From Octopus bimaculoides (taxonomy: Eukaryota), in assembly GCF_001194135.2 (NCBI RefSeq), contig NC_068986.1:40696957-40733699 (forward strand): a stretch of DNA of 36,743 nucleotides. Direction: 5' to 3'. Below, piece by piece: positions 1 to 11,800 of this stretch. Each line of letters begins with the position of its first letter. The first letter of the stretch is position 1. Below the pieces are notes generated by a model, which saw only the letters and a list, made by a program, of their open reading frames with translations, was not told the DNA's origin and searched no databases. Both the position numbers and the translations under genes were made by a program.

Positions 1-196
1 AAATTATAAAATTTCAATGAGTTCACTCCCCTGAATCTACAAGCACATTTCATCAAATGTGATAGGATTTATAGAATCGATTTTTAAATTTGTTTTTCTT
101 ATATTTTTGTGTAAATTTATGGTGAAGTTTTAAAGCAAAATATGCATAAATGTATTTTGATTTCATTGTTTCTTTTTAAAAAAAATTCTATTTCAG

Positions 197-294
197 ATGA
201 TGAAGCTAAGCCTATAGAAGAAAAAATGAACAAAATGGGACCTGGAGAAGCATATTATATCAACTGTAATTTACGTGATGAAGCACAAATCAAA
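197..294 (+). CDS. HSD17B14: copy A exon 3 (98 nt) [32 protein letters not shown]
   Basis: tttcag acceptor, gtaagg donor; 97/98 identical to copy B exon 3. Confidence 0.92.
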
Positions 295-1946
295 GTAAGG
301 GAGAATAATGTTTTATGAGCTGATGAAAGACTACCACATGCACGGAACATTAAAAGCCTAAAATAGGATATATAGAGAAGGAGAAAATATTATCTTGTTT
401 CAGTCATTTCACTGTAGCCAAGCTGGGGCACTGCATTGAAAGGTTTAGTTGAACAAATTGCCTCCAGAACATATTTTTTGTAAGTTGGGTGCTTATCCCA
501 GCAGTGTCTTTTACCGGATCGCTAAGTTGCGGGGGATGTATTTACAACAACACTGGTTATGAAGCTGTGCTATGGAATACACACACACACGCACGCACAC
601 ATGCACGCACGTGCGCGCGCATGCATGGGTGCTAGTATAGTATGCTGTCTACCACGGTATCAAGCTATCTACTTTATCTTTCAGCTATTTCAGAGATAAA
701 ACACTTCGTGCATTATAAAGGAATTACACAAATAAGAAATATTGAATCTTATATTATTTCGTTGGCACGTCGGGGGTTCCAGTTGATCCAATCAACGGAA
801 CAGCCTGCTCGTGAAATTAACGTGCAAGTGGCTGAGCACTCCACAGACACGTGTACCCTTAACGTAGTTCTCGGGGATATTCAGCGTGACACAGTGTGAC
901 AAGGCTGACCCTTTGAATTACAGGCACAACAGAAACAGGAAGTAAGAGTGAGAGAAAGTTGTGGTGGAAGAGTACAGCAGGGTTCGCCACCATCCCCTGC
1001 CGGAGCCTCGTGGAGCTTTCAGGTGTTTTCGCTCAATAAACACTCACAACGCCCAGTCTGGGAATCGAAACTGTGATCCTGTGACCGCGAGTCCGCTGCC
1101 CTAAGCAGTGGGCCATTGCGCCGCCACAATCTACCTTATCTTTCAACTATTTCAGAAATAAAACACTTCGTACATTATAAAGTAATTACACAAATAAGAA
1201 ATATTGAATCTTATATTATTTTATATGATAAAGAAATTACACAGATAAATCAAGACAATCCATTTTAACGATAAACACTTCTTATGTCATTAAGGAACAA
1301 TACAAATAAATCATGTGTGTCTTTCCTCATAAGGTAGATAACCCTGGCTGTACTGTTTGACACCGTAGTAGACCGCTGCTGTATACTAGCACCCATGCAT
1401 GCATGCGTGTTATGGGCTTCTTTCGGAATCTGTCTACTAAAATCACTCATAAAGCTAGGGTTGACGCAGGACTATTGTAGAAGCCATTTGACCAAAGTGC
1501 TGTGCAGTGGGATTGAACCCAAAACTACATGTTTGAGAAGCAAGCTTCTTAACCACACACCCACACCTGCACCTAGATGATTTTTTCTTTCTTTTTCTGG
1601 CATGGAAGGGAGAGAACTCCTTTCATGATTGAGCAATGTGAATGGGTAAACATACACAAATATTTTTTTTTATTGACATAAGAAAAGAGATTTGTCTGCA
1701 AATTAAATGAATTTTAGAAGCTATGATAAATGACAGTGAAGAGGCTAAAACACCTAATAGAGGACATCACAGATAAAAGCCAAACCATATAACAATTGGA
1801 TCCAAAGCAGAAAGACAAACTTGCCTGGAATATCCCAGAGCATAAAACTACCTGCAGTGTTGCTGAGTAAGAGACCTGAAGTAAAATTAATTTGCTATCA
1901 CTGGTGTAAATTCCTTTTGGACAGTTGAAGCAGGGAAAGAAACACG

Positions 1947-2016
<70 letters not shown>

Positions 2017-2771
2017 NNNNNNNNNNNNNNNNNNNNNNNNNNNNNNNNNNNNNNNNNNNNNNNNNNNNNNNNNNNNNNNNNNNNNNNNNNNNNNNNNNNN
2101 NNNNNNNNNNNNNNNNNNNNNNNNNNNNNNNNNNNNNNNNNNNNNNNNNNNNNNNNNNNNNNNNNNNNNNNNNNNNNNNNNNNNNNNNNNNNNNNNNNNN
2201 NNNNNNNNNNNNNNNNNNNNNNNNNNNNNNNNNNNNNNNNNNNNNNNNNNNNNNNNNNNNNNNNNNNNNNNNNNNNNNNNNNNNNNNNNNNNNNNNNNNN
2301 NNNNNNNNNNNNNNNNNNNNNNNNNNNNNNNNNNNNNNNNNNNNNNNNNNNNNNNNNNNNNNNNNNNNNNNNNNNNNNNNNNNNNNNNNNNNNNNNNNNN
2401 NNNNNNNNNNNNNNNNNNNNNNNNNNNNNNNNNNNNNNNNNNNNNNNNNNNNNNNNNNNNNNNNNNNNNNNNNNNNNNNNNNNNNNNNNNNNNNNNNNNN
2501 NNNNNNNNNNNNNNNNNNNNNNNNNNNNNNNNNNNNNNNNNNNAGGGTAAAAACCAAAAACAAAATCAAGAGATTTGGTGGATAAAATTTGAAGAAAAGC
2601 AACAAAAATTCAATAGGTTATAGCAGTACGTACGTTTTGTACAAACTTCATTTATTCATGTTCATGTTCTCACTACATGAATAAATGAAGTTTGTACGAA
2701 ATGTACGTACTGCTATAACCTATTGAATTTTTGTTGCTTTTCCTCAAATATATATATATATATATATATTC

Positions 2772-2804
<33 letters not shown>

Positions 2805-5800
2805 ATGTATGTATGTATATATATAGGTATTTATATTATGGTTTAATATTCTTGATCTTTTCTCTCTTGCCAGAACATGATTGAAAAGGTGGTTGAGAAG
2901 TATGGCACCATAGACTGTTTAATCAACAATGCTGGCTACCGTAAGTTAACATCACTCTTAGACTTTTTTTTTCCAAATTATTTATATTACAAACCAATAA
3001 GGGTGCCTCTATGAGGTCTCATGACTTACGAGAAAGAGCAGACAATTCTTTGATTACATCTTGTTACCACCAGTCATCACATTTTGACAACTTCTTGTTG
3101 CCACAGTAATAACATCTTGAAGTATTTTTCACTGTAATATTGGGATACCAAATGATTTATAACAAATGGATTTTTTTTCCAGATCCAGGATGTGCTGCCA
3201 TTGAAGATGTTACAGTTGAAAGCTTTAATAAGCTTCTTCAAGTAAATTTAATTGCTGTATTCCTTACATGCAAGGTGATTTTCCTCATTACTTAATTTCT
3301 GTATTCTTCTCTTATAAATCATCGTTATTGTTTCATTTCTTTACATCCTGTCTTAATTTTTCTATGTTAAATACCTTCCGCTATAAGCAAACAGCGTTAT
3401 CTTTTTTATTTATTTATTTTTCACAACACTCATTGGAAATCCATTGTACACATCCATGCCAGTGCATTCATTTTTCCTGGGGACATTAACAGATGCTTTT
3501 AGTGTCCTGTCACACTCACAGCTCAATTATACATTGCCTTTCATGAAAATTAACACTTCTCTATCAATGCACTCTATGACCATGTCTCATTACCAAACAT
3601 CATCATAGTTTTTATGAATGATCTATAGGGTTTATTTTTCTTACATACAGAGATATCTTCTGCTGGCAACAGAAGAAACAACTCCCAAGATTTCAACTTT
3701 TTTCTTACTCTATATAACTCACTTTAACACTCATTAGATCTACAGAACATAAACTACCAGGAACTATCGCATGAGTCGTTTTAGAAGTGTTAGCAGTTCA
3801 TGGACTTCATTCATGGAATTTTCCCTACTGCCAATGACACCTGTACATCTATGAAATCTGAAGACTTCTCTGGAAACACCCATGAAGAATTGTTGACCTT
3901 TCTGAGAGAGTATGGTTGATTGCAATAAATTGATTTCTGTCCCCTTAAAAGCATTTAACAGTTCTCCTAGTTTTGTAACCATACTTAAACTATATCATGT
4001 AATACATTTATCAAAAACAATGCAACTATAAGATTCAAGAACAAAAAGGAGTTCATAGTTGATGTATTTATGAATGATGAATTCAATATTTTCAATATAC
4101 TCGATTACAGGCCCACAATGCAATGCAAATACTATTAATCAAGCAGAAACAAACTGTTTTCCAGCTTGCCAGCCCTGATCAAACCATCCAACCCATGCCA
4201 GCATGGAAAATAGGCATTGAATAATGACGAAGATACATCTGACTCCGTGTGTGTGTGTGTGTATCTTGTTTCTGTCATCAGACTGCAGCCATGCTGGAGC
4301 ACCTTCTTGAAGAGTTTAGTTGAGCAAATTGAGTACGTTACTTATTTTTTTAAAGTTGGTACCTATTCTACCAGTCACTTTTCCAAACTGCTAAGTTATG
4401 AGAATATAAACAAACCGATACCAGTTATCAAGTAGTGCTGATGGACAAACATACATGTATGTGTGTGTGCGTGTGTCCACACACATGATGGACTTCTTTC
4501 AGTTTCCATCTATCAAATCCACTCACAAGGCTTTGGTTCACCCAGAGCCTAAGACTACGGTAGAAGACACTTACCCATGTCACACAGTTGGATTGAACGT
4601 GGAATCCTACGGTTGAGAAGCAAACTTCTTACCACAGAGCCACAGCCGTGCCCATATCAATTTTAGAACCTTATTGATTTTGCATCAGAGGAGTCTACAT
4701 TACTTAACCAATCCTTTGTTAATTCCAAATCCCTTAGTTTACTTTTTTTAACAAAACTCATTACATATTTCTCTACACTTATATCATAAACATTTTCAGT
4801 TTTCTGTGTTTTCTAGCCTTATATAGATCTGATTTTTTAAACTTTTTTTTCTTATTTCTTATTTAGTATGCCCTTCCCCACATACGCCTTGCCAAAGGTA
4901 ACATCATTAATATTGCTAGTGTGGTGTCTTACCTTGGCCAGAAAGACTCCATCCCTTATACAGCATCAAAAGTAAGTAGTGTCATATATTTTATTTTTTA
5001 TTCTTCTTCAAAAATCGAATACAGACACAATACTGTCTTTCCAGGCATTTATAAACCAGAACCTCTAAATAATCACATTATAATTCTGCTTGTCTTTCTG
5101 TTAGAAAGTTAGCATATGCATTATGCTCTTTACTTTTGCTACTGCTTTTGCTTGGATCAAGTTACCGTATGAGTTATTGGTAAAGACCTATCAATCCACG
5201 ACTTAAATAGAGAGTTGTGTAATGAACTTTAAGGAAAATTTTATTTTGTAACTTATTGCATTTGTGAATCATTAGTTTGCTCATGTTTTATATTGGTAGT
5301 TTTGCGTGGATGACTATAATGGATTATTATATACCACATATATTTCTGTGCTGTATATTTAGTTTAGCATATCTGTACCATATATTCATATTTACTTTAG
5401 AATTGTATGAGGAGTGTGTCCAAGTGAATGTATATATTTGTTTATATAAGAAAATCATATATATAAATTATTGCATTCATATTTGATAAACCAAGTCAAT
5501 TGTTGCTTTTCATTTGATCCTCTCTGATCATAAACAGTTGATAATGACAGGGGTGATGCTTGAATAGAAATCGGTCTAGTGAAACAATTTTTCACCAAGA
5601 GACTACTGCAGGAAGTGTTGTAGAGGTTGTCTACTCCATGAAATATCCAAGGCTCCAGCTAGGCCATTCTAATTTACAAGAAGGAACTTTAAATTCTTGC
5701 AACCACCAGACTAGTTCCCTGATACCTTGCAAAGTACACTATAAATGAACTCGTTGTATTTACACTAATGTACAAGAGTCTGTATTTCATTTAATTATGT

Positions 5801-8800
5801 GTGGACCAAAGTGACCACCCATGATTCAGAAAAGTCTGTAACCTGAAAAGGCTTTGGAACCAAAGGTTCCTGAAAATGGATATCGTATCTACATTTATCA
5901 AATCATACTACGTTTTTGATAAGCTCCACATTAATACTAACCAAGTAAACCTATGATAAAAACCATTCCAGCCATGACCATTCTGCCTTTCTTTAAGGTT
6001 TAAAGGAGTCTGACATTACATTCTCTTATGTATCCTTATCTTCAAACAGTAGTGTGGAATATGAGAGGTTTAGCTGCTCATTCTAACAGCTTTAGTGATC
6101 ATATAGAAACTCCCCCATTGGCTCAGCCACTAATAAATATGTACCAGTTTATTTTTAGCATATTTTCCAGTTTCATTCTTATATTGAGAATACAACAAGC
6201 CTTCCATATTGGTCACTCAACCTGCAAGAAATACCAGCCAAATTTCCTTCTTGAAAGAATGATATATTGGAAAATATATTTGATACACAAAATAGTAATG
6301 GTCCCTCCATTTCTATAAGTAATTTGTGAGTTTGGGTTGCTCTTTTTAGCAGGTCAATCAACCGTACTGGATCATTTGATCAACAATGTATTATTCTACT
6401 GCTGTATTAATATAAGCAATACAAAATTTATCAACGAGTTCAGAATTGATAAAATAATTTCATATTACCTATTTTTTTCTGTTTTGTAAAACATTACATT
6501 CTTAATGACTTCCTACTTCACTCATTGTCACCTGATGTATTTGCCATGTATATGTATGTACACCTTGGCCTGTGACTGAACTCAATATACCATTATTTCA
6601 AGCAGTTTTCATACTCTTATCAGCTTTATTATATCCTCATACTCTAGATCAGACTATCTCAGTCATATCAACTTTGTGACACAATGAAAGTCAAATAAGA
6701 AATTAAGGTCAAATTTTGAATAGAAACTTTGTCATTCTTTAACATGTTTATCATTTATATTTTGCTGGCAGGGTGCTGTTGCAAGCATGTCAAAGGCATT
6801 GGCTATCAGTGAAGCTAAACATGGTGTTCGAGTGAATACGTGAGTAAAATTCTCTCTAAATATGAAACCCATTTCTGCAATTGTTGCTTCTTAGAGACAT
6901 TAGCAAACTTTTTGAGAGGTACCACTGAAAATTTGGCTTCAATCTAATAATAGTAATAATGGGTTTATTTATACGGTGCTCAGGTGTTCTACAGCTCATC
7001 AAAAAATGGTAGAAGAGTGGACAAAAAGCAGCAATAAGTCCAGTAAGAAAGGCAGCAATGAGAACCAAAAGTGCATCCATAGAAAAGCGGATAAAAACTA
7101 CAAGAAGTACAGAAAATCAAGCAGTAAAAGTGTCATAAACAGTGTATAAGCATTTCAGGAGTATTGTTGGCAAATTTCTGGAATCATGGAATTTTTTAGA
7201 GATGCTCTGTTTTGACAGCTAATATGAGTACATTATTCCGTGCTTTAATAATTCTGAGCAAGAAAAAACTGTTTCTATAAGCCATGAGTGCTACTCTGCT
7301 TTTTGGTTTTATAAGCTTGTTTATGGGTAGTAAAGTTAAAAAATTGGATAAAGATGGTGGTAATCTTATGAGCTTCTACAGAGTCACTTGCAAGATGTTG
7401 AAACTTTAGTGTGTCAATACCCAGAGAAGCAAGATGTTCAAGATATGATAAGGGGCTGACAGAGGGTATTTGTCTGGTTATACATCTCTGGACAGCTTCT
7501 AGTAGAATGATATTCTGGACACGATGTCAATTATGGACAAGTGATGCAAACTATAAGTGTGGATGTACTCAAATCATATATAGGTTTAAATAAATAGCAA
7601 ATGAGCAGCTGACAAAGGTCTTACTCGGTGATGCTATGATATCTTCAGCCTTTTTGATTATTTTGGAAATGTAGTTTATCTAACAAATTGTTATTGACAA
7701 ACATACCTAAATTATGTTCAGTAGCAGACCATAGCAATGCAACATGTGCAATTAACTACTGCATATCAGAATATGCTGTATGTCCTCAGTCTGACAGAAG
7801 TATGATACAACTGGAAAAGCAGATCACACAATGTCATTCGACTGTTTATATGCATACCATAAATCTGCTCAATAAAAACTGACTTGCAGTGCTGTCTTAA
7901 GGTATGGACAAGCAGGGTAGTTATCCAGGAGCGCCCATGACACTGGGGTCTAATGCTACTTTATGTTGTAGTTTGTTGTCAATAACTACAATGACCATAG
8001 TTCATTGCTTTGCTTACAGACCCATAATACAGTCAAGATGTCCCTGATGACCTAAGTTTTTGGTAATTAAACAGTCTCATTATAAAATATGAATTGTTTA
8101 CATTAGTGTTTCCCAGCCTATTTTTTCCCCAGGCTCCACTTATTGTAGATGCCAGTACATTCATTTCTCCTGGGGACATGTTGTGGCTTGCTGTCAATAA
8201 ATACAATGACCATAGTGCATTACTTTGCTTGCAGACCCATAATGCAGTTAAGATGTCCTAGATGACCTAAGTTACAGAATAACTAATTGAATTGTACAAA
8301 CTTTATATCAAGCATTTACAATTATCTGAAATTTGGTGACACATTTGAAGTATGTTGAATTTCCTCGAAACTAAAATAGAATCCAGTAGCCATACGTTCT
8401 AATAATGGTAGTGAATAAAAAGACCACTTATCTCATACACAAAAAGAAAAAAAATTACTCTTAAGTAGCTACATGCAAGTCTTTTTCTAGTATCTTAATG
8501 ATCCAGTTCACTGAATGCAATACTTTGGAGACAAAACCTACAGTTGCTTCTAGAGTAAATATGTATGAGGTTGTGCTGAAAAGTTCCTGGCTTTGGATAA
8601 AAAAAATACAAGAGGGTCAGTTAATTAGGATTTTATTAAACATATTCCCATCTCAGATTCATATGCCTGTTGTAGCAGTGCTTCAGTTTTTCTAAGCCTT
8701 GTAAAAGAACTCAGAAGGTTGGGTCTCTAACCAGGCCTTTCACGAAATCCTTAAAGCCAGGAACTTTTCAGCACTACCTCATAACTATTTTCATTTGAGA

Positions 8801-11800
8801 TAAAATAAAAGTAAGGGTGTTATTGAAGTATTGTAAAGATATATAAATAGTTAATTTAAATATTCAAAGGCATATATATCATTATCATCATCATCGTCGT
8901 CGTTTAACATCTGCTTTCCATGCTAGCATGGGTTGGACGATTTGACTGAGGACTGGTGAAACCAAATAGCTACACCAGGCTCCAATCTGATTTGGCAGAG
9001 TTTCTACAGCTGGATGCCCTTCCTAACGCCAACCACTCAGAGAGTGTAGTGGGTGCTTTTATGTGCCACCGGCATGAAGGCCAGTCAGGCGGTACTGGCA
9101 ACGGCCACGCTCAAAATGGTGTATTTTATGTGTCACCTGCACATAAAATACACCGTATATATATATATATATNNNNNNNNNNNNNNNNNNNNNNNNNNNN
9201 NNNNNNNNNNNNNNNNNNNNNNNNNNNNNNNNNNNNNNNNNNNNNNNNNNNNNNNNNNNNNNNNNNNNNNNNNNNNNNNNNNNNNNNNNNNNNNNNNNNN
9301 TATATATATAGGCATATACATGTGAGTGTAATAAGAAATTGGCTTCTCAATCACATGGTTCCTGTTTCTGTCCCACAACATAGCACCTTGTACAAGTATC
9401 TTCTATTATACTTACAGGCCGACAAAAAACTTGTGAGAGGATTTGATTGACAGAAACTGGAAGAAGCCCATCATATATATAAATATATGCCTGTATCTAT
9501 GTGTGTGTGCCTTTGTGTTTGTCCGTTACCACTGCTTGACAACTAATGTTGGTTTGTTTACATCCTCGTAACATAGCAATTCAGTGTAAGAGACTGATAA
9601 AATAAATACTAGGCTTTAAAATTAGATACTGGGATTGATTCCTTTGACTAAAACCCTTCAAGGCGGTGCCCCAAAAGATCCACACTGAATGACTGAAACA
9701 AGAATAAGTTAAGATATATATGGCTGATGTAGGCAACCCTTCCTTCTGTCTATCACAAAAACAACCAACAAGTGGAATGACCCAATGGTACTATGAGGTT
9801 AAAGTAGGTCCACATGACAAGATATACAATAGTTCATTGATGTTAGGAGTGGGGAGAAGAGAACAGTTTGTAATGAATTGGTGCTCTTGCCTGTGTGTCT
9901 GAAATTGCTTCTTCCTTGCACATGTTACAAAGTTAATGCTGGTTGTTGTACAACAAAGATCAGAGATGTGGCTTACAATGACTTAGGAAAATACTTTCAA
10001 AATTTTTTGTCTTTTTAGAATTTCTCCTGGAGCCATATGGACACCTCTGTGGGAAGAAGTAATGTCCAAGGCAGAGAATCCAGAAGAATTTTACAATGAT
10101 GGAGTGTCTTACCAGGTGAGAAATATTTCACAAATGTGTTTGGCTGTAAGGTTATGAAACATCTTTCCCAATCTCTTGATTTAGAGTTCAGCCTTTCCAT
10201 ATGGTACATTGGGGAAGTGTTTTCTCTTAAATTCCCAGACCAACTAAAGCTTTGTGAATGGATTTGGCAAACAGAAACTGAAAGAAGCTCATCATGTGTG
10301 TATGTTTGTATCTCCTTGACATTGCATGATAGTTATAAACGCTGCTCACACAGTAGCACACAGTATTGACTTATAAAAAACGTTTAATATACTTTATAGT
10401 ATACGCCATATGTAAACAAACAAGTTTGTTTTTCGAAGCGCCGAAATGTATGGTAGAACAAGTAGAAAGATAAATTTTATTCAACGCATAGATACTGAAC
10501 AGTATCAATATAAAGGATAAAATTCTTTTTTCGTTTTAAAAGCAGAAAAATTTGTCGGCAGCTAGCCATGATGACCGGACTCACATCCCTCTAATATCCG
10601 GTTAGAATGTTTTACCATTTAAGCTAAACCGCCTGACCGCCAAATTCTTCTGCAATTTAAGAAGATATAGAATCATCTAGGAATGCTAGATGTCGTATAG
10701 GTTACGCCATATGTAAACAAACAAGTTTGTTTTTACATCCCGACAAGTCATTAATAAATGATTTTCAATGCCATACAAGCTGTATTATGCATTTCCAATG
10801 TTATGTGAGAGCATGTCTGACCATGGGATGATATCACCCTGCTTGGAAATAGGTGAGGGTTAGTGACAGGAAGGGCACCCAGCTGTAAAAAATCTGATGA
10901 GATTGGTGCCATTAATGTCCCTCTCAGACTTTGTTGCAAGTCAACACCTGCAGAAAAGAACAGAGCAAGGAGGAAGGTCCAAAGAGCTGATGCATGGGAA
11001 GGAAGAACTGCATGTAGTAGTTAACATGAGACTTCCTGGCATATGGATGCAACAGTAAGTGATGAAATTAAAGAGGTGAGCAAGTCAAGAATCCCTGAGT
11101 GGAAATGGCATGAGCCCAGCCAGCACTGAGCAGCAGTGAACATTATAGATGAGTTCAAAAAGCAGTGGAAAAACCATGATGATGATAGTAAAGCTCACTT
11201 TGCAACCATGTGGTTTCAGGTTTAGTCCCACTGCATGGCACTATGAGCAAGTGTCTTCTACTACAGCCCAAAGAAGACCAATACCTTCTGACTATTGGTA
11301 TTGGTTTATTTACATCTCTGCAACTTTAAAAATATGTACTGCAATTGATATGTTTAACCATGGGATACCTCTTACTCCATTCTCTTTTGTGTGTGGTTTG
11401 TTTGTACAAACGGTAAAGCTATAATCCTCTCCTGAATACTTTATTGATGTTTCATAACTGTAAAATAGACAAAATTGAAATAAACAAACAAAAGATATCT
11501 TTATTGTATGGAAACTATATTGACAAGGACACATTATGTGAGGGACCCTGATGTTAGTGTGTGTAACATACATAGATAGACACACATGTATATAAATACA
11601 TATATTATGCCCCCTAGCGTCTGTTACTACCACCATTTCTGACATTGATTTAATGATGTTTGCACAAGTGTGTAAATATTCTCTAGCACTGCTTGTTGCC
11701 AATTATCTCAGTCCTTTGTTATCTCCTCTATGAGGATCAGCATCCAGAGTTCAGTCTTCTTGGGTCTCCATTTCCACAGATTTCAACTTTGAATACTTTT

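Larger units (their letters stand above)
394..1578 (-). mobile_element. tRNA-type SINE (family 1) split in its central (TG)n tract by a nested TIR element
   Basis: 3' half at 394-600 and 5' half at 1408-1578 each match the intact copy at 17355-17728. Confidence 0.7.

Noticed and set aside
578-625. Alternating purine-pyrimidine tract with Z-DNA potential
   Set aside because: Explained by the SINE's internal microsatellite; such tracts are ubiquitous in this window.
3764-3982. ORF or possible Merlin-like transposase N-terminus on the opposite strand
   Set aside because: The weak LTFLREYG..CP resemblance is interrupted by stops and there is no DDE region.
6965-7760. Possible decayed DNA transposase (piggyBac-like) in copy A intron 7
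   Set aside because: Only vague motif resemblance, many stops, and no TIR or TTAA TSD found.
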